Assembly: GCF_002498065.1 (NCBI RefSeq)
Contig: NZ_DAFZ01000109.1
Span: forward strand, 2,542 to 66,541
DNA: 64,000 nt
Source: Methanoculleus sp. UBA208
Lineage (GTDB): Archaea > Halobacteriota > Methanomicrobia > Methanomicrobiales > Methanoculleaceae
Direction of reading: 5' to 3'
Shown: positions 1 to 7,649 of the stretch, piece after piece
Numbering within the stretch: the stretch's first letter is position 1
Layout of the letters: every line of letters begins with the position of its first letter
Notes under the pieces: model-generated
Seen by the model: the letters and a program-made list of their open reading frames with translations, nothing else
What the model was told of the DNA's origin: nothing
Database searches by the model: none
Made by a program: the position numbers and the translations under genes

Positions 1-217
1 GTTCCTCGAGGTAATCGCGTATATTCCTGTGATCCTCAAACCCGTGAATGCCCCGGAGAAACTGCGAGAAAAGCGCTTCGGATTCGCCCGTCCCGAGGTA
101 ATCGACCACGCACCGGCACGCCTCCCGCTTCGCTCCGACAAGGTCAAAGAGGGTGTTGTCCATGTCGCAGAGGACCGCCTCTATCGTTTTATACCGAGTG
201 CCGCAAGTCTTCTGCAT
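1..217 (-). CDS. HAD-superfamily hydrolase, N-terminal fragment (continues beyond the window edge)
   Basis: Minus-strand ORF open to position 1, so it is absent from the ORF track. ATG at 217-215. The translation MQKTCGTRYKTIEAVLCDMDNTLFDLVGAKREACRCVVDYL carries HAD motif I (DxDxT = DMDNT). An alternative ATG at 163 would remove the first Asp. Overlaps the 3' end of the PIN gene by 37 nt. Confidence 0.5.
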   Translation of the reverse strand, partial: MQKTCGTRYKTIEAVLCDMDNTLFDLVGAKREACRCVVDYLGTGESEALFSQFLRGIHGFEDHRNIRDYLEE

Positions 218-1188
218 ATCTCCAGTTCCCTCGTGAACGCATGGTACGTCTCATCGTCCCGGAAACGCACCTTCAGTTCGTCGAGATCGTTGCCCTTCCC
301 GCCGTACTCCCCGAAGAGGGTGAATCCGTTGCAGCCTATAAACCCGAAGACGGCGGCGAGGTTGAAGAGCAGCCGCCGGAATGCCGGCGCCGTGCAGGTC
401 GTTGCCTCCAGTCTATATGGGCGGTCGAAGTAGAAGTACTCGAGCCCCTCGGCCATGCAGAGGTCCGCCATGTAGATGTCGGCGGTCAGGAGGACAGGGA
501 GGGCATACCGCTCCTCTTCGAACTTCCGGAGCGCCCGCACAATGTTGCGGTCGTTCTCCTCCGAAAGGTGCGTGTGCGGGTCCGGCGACGCTATCTCCGT
601 CGCCCGGTCGCGGACGGAGCGATACTCCTTCAGCGCGAGGTATGCGGCTTTCCGGGACCGCTTCATCCGCTTGTTCTCGAGTTCAGCAATGTATTCCCGG
701 CAGTCGGGTGCCTGCGCCGTCATCTCCTCGATCATCTTTGCCGGGTACTTGCGGTTGATGGCATATGCGATCTCGTCCCGGACGGTATCGACGATCAGGT
801 AGGAGGCGTGATCGATCCCGGGGTTGTTCGATGCGAACCCGTGGTAGAAGAGGTTCGTGTCCAGGCCGAAGAAGACGGCCTTCTTGAGCTGCCTGTAGGA
901 TGCGAGCATCGCATCGAAGGCGGCCTGATTCACGTAACGGGCGATCCCGCTTGCAAACATGCACTCCTGGAGATCGGCGTAGGAAGGAAGTTCCGCGGAG
1001 ACCGGCTCGTATTCGGTGAGCCAGTCCCGGAAGGTCTGGCGCGTTGCAGGCAGTTCGAGCCGAAAACCGGTCCCTTCGGGGCGTGCGACCAGGATATCTC
1101 CCTCGTAGAGCGGGTACGAGACGCGGACCTCATCGAGGCTGTTGATGAGGATCTGCAGCTCGTTCTCCCTGATGACCGCATCGTTCAT
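181..1188 (-). CDS. PIN-domain nuclease-like protein (335 aa) with unassigned N- and C-terminal regions
   Basis: Uses the internal ATG (1188-1186) of track ORF 181..1704; the 172 codons upstream are an Arg/Gly-rich shadow of the neighbouring gene. A PIN-like acidic quartet is readable in GLDTNLF, VRDEIAY, ENDRNIV and LTADIYM. ATGA start/stop overlap with the upstream gene. Confidence 0.6.
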   Translation of the reverse strand: MNDAVIRENELQILINSLDEVRVSYPLYEGDILVARPEGTGFRLELPATRQTFRDWLTEYEPVSAELPSYADLQECMFASGIARYVNQAAFDAMLASYRQLKKAVFFGLDTNLFYHGFASNNPGIDHASYLIVDTVRDEIAYAINRKYPAKMIEEMTAQAPDCREYIAELENKRMKRSRKAAYLALKEYRSVRDRATEIASPDPHTHLSEENDRNIVRALRKFEEERYALPVLLTADIYMADLCMAEGLEYFYFDRPYRLEATTCTAPAFRRLLFNLAAVFGFIGCNGFTLFGEYGGKGNDLDELKVRFRDDETYHAFTRELEICRRLAALGIKR

Positions 1189-1697
1189 TCCCTCGCCCCC
1201 GCATCCTCCATGATATCCCGGATCCTCTGGACCTGGTGCGGGATCATCATATACGGCTTTGCGACGTCGTCGGTGTTCTGCATGGCGAGGTAATAGATGT
1301 GCCGGATATCGAGCCCCGCGAGCGAGACCGCGATGAGCGCCCCTGCGACCGTGACCTTCCTGCCCGAGGTGATGTCGATCGCCACGCAAAAACCCTGCCG
1401 GATAAGGTCTTGGGCAAGCGAACGGATTGTCTGTCCGGCCCGGACAAAGTCCGCTTCGGGCAGAATCTCCACCCCGATTGCGGGAACGAACCCGTACCCC
1501 TCCGAGACGATTCCAATCGCCTCGGCGGCGGTCGATGCTTCCTGTGCATAGGGTTCTTCGGTGACGATAGAGACCCGTTCGGGGCGCAACCCCTTCTCCC
1601 GCAGGACTGCATGATAAGCGTTGACGAGCGCCCATGTTGAGCGTCCGAGAAGTGTTATGTAGGCATCGCCGGAGGCGGGTGTCACGGAGTGAATCAC
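1185..1697 (-). CDS. Small stand-alone CARF-like Rossmann-fold protein (170 aa)
   Basis: Track ORF 1185..1697. YITLLGRSTWALV gives a polar tip after strand 1. DITSGRK matches the CARF motif [DN]x[ST]xxx[RK]. No effector domain is present. Its stop overlaps the start of the PIN gene. Confidence 0.5.
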   Translation of the reverse strand: MIHSVTPASGDAYITLLGRSTWALVNAYHAVLREKGLRPERVSIVTEEPYAQEASTAAEAIGIVSEGYGFVPAIGVEILPEADFVRAGQTIRSLAQDLIRQGFCVAIDITSGRKVTVAGALIAVSLAGLDIRHIYYLAMQNTDDVAKPYMMIPHQVQRIRDIMEDAGARE

Positions 1698-2004
1698 TGC
1701 TCAAGACTCACCCTGCTCCTATATAGGCTTTGTCGGAGCCCCTCTCCCTGGAGCGCAACCAACGGCGGATGATCCGGGCTACATTATCTGTTATTTTTTG
1801 ATTATTTGCTCTGTATTTGCTTCACTGGGGGCCACGTCCGGCATCTTGCCGAAATATGGCGGGATTTTACTCCCGGCGTTCTGAGAATACGCCTTTAGCG
1901 CGAAAGAAATCGCAAAATCTCGCAAGATATTTGGTAAATCTTTTATGATCGATATCCCCATAGTGGTATGGAAGAGCGCGAAATTACTCGGAGAGATATA
2001 ACCC

Positions 2005-2610
2005 ATGCAGACGAGAAAAACGAGATTGCAGACACCGGCCGAGATCTGGGGACTGGCGGACCCGGAGCAACCGATGAAGGCCCGGCAGGATGCCATTGAT
2101 GACGGTGATCTGATCGAGATCACCCGGATGGGGAGGGATATGGGTATCACCTATCCCCTCGCGGTCTCGGCACGGGCCGCTCAGAGTATGGTGCCGTTCA
2201 CGAACATCCCGCAGGAGACCGTTACGGAGAATCTGTGGGACACCCTTCATGCGTTCCGGGATAAAGCCCGTACGACGACCGAAGAGGAGTTCGAGTTCCA
2301 GGTCAGCCTCTACCAGAACGGCCTCGTCCCCACCCTCACCTTCAAGGCCGCGGTCTCCCCGGGGGACGACGGCGAACCGGTCATCACCATCATGATGCCG
2401 GACGAGGACTGGGAGACGATCGGGTGCGGCCACCGCCACAGCGCAGGCGACGCGATGCTCACCGTCGAAGACGTTGCCTCGACCCTGAACTTCACCCCCG
2501 GCCGGATCCGGGAGTTCATCCGGGAAGAGCGGATCCCGGCAGTCAAGTGCGGAGGGTCCTGGCGGATCAAGCGCTCGGAGCTCAACCGCATCATGAGCGA
2601 AGGGTTCTGA
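2005..2610 (+). CDS. Hypothetical protein with a C-terminal excisionase/MerR-type helix-turn-helix
   Basis: Track ORF, 201 aa. The C-terminus LTVEDVASTLNFTPGRIREFIREERIPAVKCGGSWRIKRSELNRIM is a typical excisionase-family HTH. The N-terminal domain (LIEITRMGRDMGITYPLAVSARA ... GEPVITIMMPDEDW) is unassigned and may be DUF6573-like; this is from memory and unverified. Preceded by a 300-bp AT-rich promoter region. Confidence 0.6.
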   Translation: MQTRKTRLQTPAEIWGLADPEQPMKARQDAIDDGDLIEITRMGRDMGITYPLAVSARAAQSMVPFTNIPQETVTENLWDTLHAFRDKARTTTEEEFEFQVSLYQNGLVPTLTFKAAVSPGDDGEPVITIMMPDEDWETIGCGHRHSAGDAMLTVEDVASTLNFTPGRIREFIREERIPAVKCGGSWRIKRSELNRIMSEGF

Positions 2611-2639
2611 TCGGCCGCTCCGGGTCGGCCAGGAGATGA

Positions 2640-3186
2640 GGGTTAATACGGCAGAGGAGCAAATCTCCTCCGGATGCTGCTGCCCGTGCCGATACCGCCC
2701 GTCTGGATATTACTTGGGTGATCAGTCTCACCGTTGCGACGTGTGCGGGAGCCGCGGTCGTCAGGCGGTATCCGGGGTACGGGTTTGCCACCCTCACCTG
2801 CCTGTATATCATCGACCCTGGCGCCTCATAGATCATCGCGGCCCGGCTCATTGAGTTCGATATCGGCATCGCCACGTTCGTCGCCCCTGCTTCTGTCTTC
2901 ATCTACCCGTTCGCCGCACAGGCGATCGATATGATCAACGAGGTCTACGGGAGATCGATGACCCGTGTCGCCATCGCCATTGCCCTCCTCTCGCAGATCC
3001 TTCTCGCCATCCTCATCGCCATGACGAATTCCCTGCATCTTCGTGAGCATCGCCTTCTTCACCGCCGGTATTCCCCTCCTTCCCCTGATCGCCGGTCAGA
3101 TCGTCAGCAAGGGCATCATCGGAGTTCTCGATGCCCCCTGGTACAAGCGTTACCTGGGGAGGGCGGGAGACGACCTCCCGGAATAG
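2640..3186 (+). pseudogene. Decayed queuosine-precursor transporter gene (YhhQ/DUF165 family)
   Basis: One frame reads ...ITWVISLTVATCAGAAVVRRYPGYGFATLTCLYIIDPGAS[TAG 2829-2831]IIAARLIEFDIGIATFVAPASVFIYPFAAQAIDMINEVYGRSMTRVAIAIALLSQILLAILIAMTNSLH. After a frame change near 3045 it reads FVSIAFFTAGIPLLPLIAGQIVSKGIIGVLDAPWYKRYLGRAGDDLPE*. The family signature (I)NEVYG is present. There is no start codon, there is an in-frame stop, and the region after the motif is too short, implying an internal deletion. Confidence 0.55.
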
Positions 3187-3230
3187 GTGTTACTTAAATA
3201 TTATCTTATTGATGTGACACGGAAAACAAA

Positions 3231-3246
3231 CATATTTAATTTTTAG
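3231..3246 (+). promoter_or_regulatory. TATA-like box upstream of the HEAT-repeat gene (possible leaderless transcript)
   Basis: catatttaatttttag is centred about 22 nt upstream of the ATG at 3260, inside the only AT-rich stretch of this intergenic region. Confidence 0.3.
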
Positions 3247-3259
3247 ATGTAGAGTTCTC

Positions 3260-6200
3260 ATGATGTGTGCCGAGGCCTCACGAGCATTCTCAAATTGCCT
3301 TTGCGCCGGTCCTGTGGCGGGGGTCGGCGTTCTGGCAACAAAACAGACGAATCGTGGGGATGGGCGCGTGCCCGGGCCCGGTGGTGGTTATGCACCTTCT
3401 CCGGCATCGTGTGCCCTGATGGGTGCGACCTTCGGGATCATGTGCCTTCTTTTTCTCCTTCTGCCCGGTGCAGGGGTGCCGGGTATGCCTACGGCTGAAG
3501 CCGTATGCCCCATCGTGGCCCTGCCCGGGCTCTTTGGGCCGAACGGTTCTTCTTTCCTAAGGCACTGGATAAGGAGAAACACCGATAAGAGCGGCAAGAA
3601 GGACAGCCCGGAAGGCCGTGCCCCGGATCCGGCTCTTTCCTCGTCCGATGCGCCCGCTGAGCCACCCCTGAGCAGGCGTGCGCCGGCTGATGACGGGACG
3701 AGCGTCTTTGAGAGACTCGAGATGATCCCCGATGCCCTCCGGCAATTCGACGATCTCGTCACACCGGACGGGGCGAGTACAGCCTTCCCCTCCGGCGACC
3801 CGGAGGCGGCCGGCCCCCTCCCGTCTCGCTCTTCCCCGGACAGGGCAATCAAAGCCCTTCCCCCTGATGAGCCGGGGGAAGCCTCTCCGCCGGAAACCCG
3901 GGATGACGCCCTCCCCGGCGCTCCGGACGAACTTCCGCAGTTCTCTCCTGACGGCCTGCCTGCCCCGCGTCCCGGTTTCCTCACCGAGGACGAACTCATG
4001 GAGATGTTCGGGTTCGACGACGGGGTCGTCGAATTGCCGGAGGACGGGCCGGCGGTTGTCGCCTGCACTCCCGCTCCTGTCCGTGAAGGTGCCGTGGACG
4101 AGGAGCGTCCGATGGAGTCGCTCATCGACGACCTCGGCAGCGACGATGCCGGGGTCCGCGGACGTGCCGTGGATGCCGTCGCAGAGCGTGGAGCCGACGC
4201 CGTCACGCCCCTGATCCGGGCCCTCGCCCGTGCGGACGACGGGAGACGGTGGTGCATCGCCGAAGCCCTTGCACTGATCGGCAAAGATTCAATCCCGGCA
4301 CTGATCGCTGCGCTCGGGGACGATTCGACGCAGATCGGGGCGGCTGCCACGCTCGTGCGTATCGGGGGGCCCGCCGTGCCGCCCCTCGTCGAAGCGCTCG
4401 CCGGCGATGACGGCGAAGTGCAGTTCGGCGCTCTTTACGCGCTCCGGGAGATCGGCGACGCGGCGATCCCCTCCCTTGTCAGGGCTCTTGATGCGCCCGA
4501 AGGGAGTATCCGGAGGTCTGCCGCTTCCGTTCTCCGGGATCTCGGGTGGAAAGCGCCCGATGATGCCGGAGCGATCCGCTACCTCGTTGCCAGCGAAGCG
4601 TGGCTTGATGTCGCGGATTACGGTGAGGCCGCGGTCGGCCCCCTGATTCGCATCCTGAAGTCCCAGGACAGGAAAGTACGCTGGAATGCCGCCCGGACCC
4701 TCGGGGAGATCGGCGAGGCCGCAGTCGGCCCCCTGGTCGAGCTCCTGCATGAAGCAGACGATGAAGTCCGGCCGCTGGCGGCCATGGCACTCGCGGAGAT
4801 TGGCCTTCCCGCTGTCGATCCGCTCATCCGGCTGCTCTGTGCCCCCCCTCTTCGCAGCACGGCGGCGACGACCCTGGTCCGGATCGGGGAGCCGGCTGCG
4901 GAGGCATGCATCCGGGGTCTGGACAGCCCGGACGAGGAGGCGCAGGAAGCGCTCCGGGAAGTCCTCGGTGCGCTCGGGGAAGCGGCGGTCCCGTCCCTGA
5001 TCCAGGCGTTGACGTCCGATCGCTCCCTGATCCGGTCCCGGATCGCCGCTATCCTGGGTGAGACGGGCTGGGAGCCCTGGAGCGACGCCGAGCGGGCATG
5101 GTACCTGATCGCCCGGGAAGAGTGGATGGAACTTGCCCTGATGGGCGCGCCGGCCGTCGATCCCCTGATCCGGACACTCAACGGCGACGACGACCGCATA
5201 CGCTGCGAGGCTGCGGCGACACTCGGCGAGATCGGCGATCCGGCGGCCGTAGGGCCGCTCGTGGATGCCCTCGCCGACGACGCTGTCGCTCCGGTGGCGG
5301 CGGATGCGCTCGTTGCCGTCGGGGAGCCGGCCGTGGTCCCTGTCCTTGCGCTGCTCGAAGGTGAAGCCGGGGCCGCCCGGGAGAACGCCGTCGAGGTTCT
5401 GGGCAGGCTCGGGGCGTCCGAGGCGATCCCGGCCGTCATCGAACTCGTCAGGAGCGGCGGTGACCGCCTGCACCGAAAAGCCGTCGACGCCCTGGTCGGC
5501 ATCGGTGCGCCTGCGATAGATGCCCTCATCCCCCTCCTCGGCGAGGACGGCGACGGACATGCGGGAGCGGCGGCTGCACTCACCGGGATCGGTGATCCGG
5601 CACTCGCACCGCTTGCCGAAGCGCTCGGCGACGAGAACTCGCGGGTCCGCCTGGGGGCCGCCAGGGTCCTCGAGAGGCTTGGGTGGGTTCCCACGGGAGT
5701 GGAGGAGCAGGCGGTTTACCTGATCGCGTTGCAGCGGTGGCCGGAGGTCGTGGACCTCGGTGCCCCCGCCGTCGACCTCCTGGTGGCACGGCTCGGCGAT
5801 CCGGATACGGGGGTGCAGGCCGGGGCGACGGAGTCGCTGGCCTGCCTCGGTGCTCCTGCGGTCCCCTCCCTGATCCGCCTGCTCGGCAGAAAGAATCTCC
5901 GCGGGCCGGCGGAAGAGACGCTGGTGCGGATCGGGGAAGCGGCAGTGGAACCCCTGATCCAGGGCCTGGACAGGGTCCGGCTCCGCAAGACGGCCGCCGG
6001 GGTGCTGGGCCGGATCGGGCGGCCTGCCGCCGGTCCGCTCGTCCCGGTTCTCGGGCGCCCGGATATCGGGCAGACTGCAGCCGGGATCCTCGAGGCGATG
6101 GGAGAGGCTTCCCTTGATGCGCTGGTCGAGGCGCTCGGGGACGATGACGCCGTGGTCCGGCAGCGGGCCGGGGACGTGTTCGCCAGCCTCGGGGATGCGG

Positions 6201-7558
6201 CCGTCGCCTCGCTCATCGGGGCGCTGGGGCACCAGAACGATCTCATCCGCCTGGGGGCGATCGATACGCTCACCCGGGCCGGCGGACCGGCCGTCGCCGA
6301 TCTTACGGGGGCGCTTTTAGACGAGCGGTACCTCGTGCGGCTGGGTGCGGCGGAGGTCCTCGGGAGAGCCGGATGGGTGCCGGAGACGGAAGGCGAGACG
6401 GTCTGCTACCTGATTGCAAAGGAGCAATGGGCTTCCGTTGCCGAGATTGGGGCCGGTGCCGTGGAACCGCTGATCCGGACGCTCAACGACCCCGACAGCG
6501 CGATCCAGATGGGCGCGGCACGGGCGCTCGGTATGATCGGGGCGCCTGCGGTCAGGAGGCTGATTCATGAACTCCGCGCCGAACAGGACGGCGGGCAGAG
6601 AAAAGCGGTCGAAGCGCTCAAGATGATCGGGGAGCCGGCGGTTGTACCGCTCATCGACGCTCTCCAGGATCCCGACTGGCATATCCGCCTCGGGGCGGCC
6701 CGGGCGCTTGTCGGCATCGGGGACCCCGCCGTCGAGCCGCTGGTCCGGGCCCTCCGCGGCGCTCCCCCGGCGGTCCGGATGGGAGCGGCGGCGACGCTCG
6801 GCAAGATCGGGAACCCGGCGGCCATCGAGCCGCTTACGGGCGCGCTCCTGCATGATGACTGGCGCCTGGGACGTGTCGTGGTGCGGGCGCTCGGCATGAT
6901 GGGCGAGGCGGCGGTCGAACCGCTTCTCTCCGTTCTGCGGGAAGGGAACGATACGGCCCGGAAGGGTGCGGTGACGGCTCTCGTGCTGATCGGGGAGCCG
7001 GCGGCCCGGCTGCTCCCCGGTGCGCTCACCGACGGGCATTTCCGTGTCCGTGCCGGGGCTGCGGACGCCCTCGACCGCCTGGACTGGTCGCCTGGGGAGG
7101 GGGAAGAGACGATCGACTACCTGATTGCGAAGGAACGGTGGGGCGATCTGATCCCGATGGGCCCGCCTGCGATCGAACCGCTGCTCCGGGTGCTCGACGA
7201 CCGGGACGACAGTATCCGGCGGCGGGCGGCGAGGGCTCTTGGGGAGATGCGCGATCCGCGGGCGGTCCCGGCGCTGATGGACCTTCTCCACGACGACTAC
7301 TACAGCGTCAGGCGGGAGGCTGCGGCGGCGCTCGTCTCCATAGGCGCCCCGGCGGCGGAGCCGGTCGTATCCGCACTCGGCGACCCGGACGGCGACATCC
7401 GGAAGCGTGCGGCGGATGTGCTCTCTGAGATCGGGGATGCACGGGCGATCGGGCCCCTCGAGGCTCTCTTCGACGATGAGGACTGGTACGCCCGGAGGGC
7501 CGCCGAGAGCGCGGTGGAGAGGATCCGGGAACGGGCCGGGAAGAACGCAGACTCATAG
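3260..7558 (+). CDS. Giant HEAT-repeat (PBS-lyase type) protein with an N-terminal membrane anchor and a Pro-rich linker, 1432 aa
   Basis: Track ORF. The hydrophobic segment GATFGIMCLLFLLLPGAG is followed by a Pro/Asp/Ser-rich low-complexity linker. Dozens of repeats of the form DxxVRxxAAxALGxIGDxxAVxPLIxAL follow. Confidence 0.8.
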   Translation: MMCAEASRAFSNCLCAGPVAGVGVLATKQTNRGDGRVPGPGGGYAPSPASCALMGATFGIMCLLFLLLPGAGVPGMPTAEAVCPIVALPGLFGPNGSSFLRHWIRRNTDKSGKKDSPEGRAPDPALSSSDAPAEPPLSRRAPADDGTSVFERLEMIPDALRQFDDLVTPDGASTAFPSGDPEAAGPLPSRSSPDRAIKALPPDEPGEASPPETRDDALPGAPDELPQFSPDGLPAPRPGFLTEDELMEMFGFDDGVVELPEDGPAVVACTPAPVREGAVDEERPMESLIDDLGSDDAGVRGRAVDAVAERGADAVTPLIRALARADDGRRWCIAEALALIGKDSIPALIAALGDDSTQIGAAATLVRIGGPAVPPLVEALAGDDGEVQFGALYALREIGDAAIPSLVRALDAPEGSIRRSAASVLRDLGWKAPDDAGAIRYLVASEAWLDVADYGEAAVGPLIRILKSQDRKVRWNAARTLGEIGEAAVGPLVELLHEADDEVRPLAAMALAEIGLPAVDPLIRLLCAPPLRSTAATTLVRIGEPAAEACIRGLDSPDEEAQEALREVLGALGEAAVPSLIQALTSDRSLIRSRIAAILGETGWEPWSDAERAWYLIAREEWMELALMGAPAVDPLIRTLNGDDDRIRCEAAATLGEIGDPAAVGPLVDALADDAVAPVAADALVAVGEPAVVPVLALLEGEAGAARENAVEVLGRLGASEAIPAVIELVRSGGDRLHRKAVDALVGIGAPAIDALIPLLGEDGDGHAGAAAALTGIGDPALAPLAEALGDENSRVRLGAARVLERLGWVPTGVEEQAVYLIALQRWPEVVDLGAPAVDLLVARLGDPDTGVQAGATESLACLGAPAVPSLIRLLGRKNLRGPAEETLVRIGEAAVEPLIQGLDRVRLRKTAAGVLGRIGRPAAGPLVPVLGRPDIGQTAAGILEAMGEASLDALVEALGDDDAVVRQRAGDVFASLGDAAVASLIGALGHQNDLIRLGAIDTLTRAGGPAVADLTGALLDERYLVRLGAAEVLGRAGWVPETEGETVCYLIAKEQWASVAEIGAGAVEPLIRTLNDPDSAIQMGAARALGMIGAPAVRRLIHELRAEQDGGQRKAVEALKMIGEPAVVPLIDALQDPDWHIRLGAARALVGIGDPAVEPLVRALRGAPPAVRMGAAATLGKIGNPAAIEPLTGALLHDDWRLGRVVVRALGMMGEAAVEPLLSVLREGNDTARKGAVTALVLIGEPAARLLPGALTDGHFRVRAGAADALDRLDWSPGEGEETIDYLIAKERWGDLIPMGPPAIEPLLRVLDDRDDSIRRRAARALGEMRDPRAVPALMDLLHDDYYSVRREAAAALVSIGAPAAEPVVSALGDPDGDIRKRAADVLSEIGDARAIGPLEALFDDEDWYARRAAESAVERIRERAGKNADS

Positions 7559-7649
7559 ACCATCTCCACCGGTTCAAGTCTCTTCCTGTTATCCCCTGTG
7601 CCTCCGGCCGGCGATTCCCAGAAAGGATAGAGGGAGATCGGAACCCTGC

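Noticed and set aside
1791-2150. 119-aa minus-strand ORF across the AT-rich spacer and the start of gene 2005..2610
   Set aside because: Half of it overlaps the better-supported plus-strand gene. The remainder lies in promoter-like AT-rich DNA. No motifs were seen. A short real peptide (MGISIIKDLPNILRDF...) cannot be excluded.
4289-6232. Long antisense ORFs inside the HEAT-repeat gene (for example 4289..6232-, 3388..4350-, 4618..5694-, 6317..7291-)
   Set aside because: Their composition is dominated by Arg, Pro, Gly and Ser with no recognisable motifs. They fully overlap a gene with clear repeat-family signatures. They are typical shadow ORFs of GC-rich DNA.
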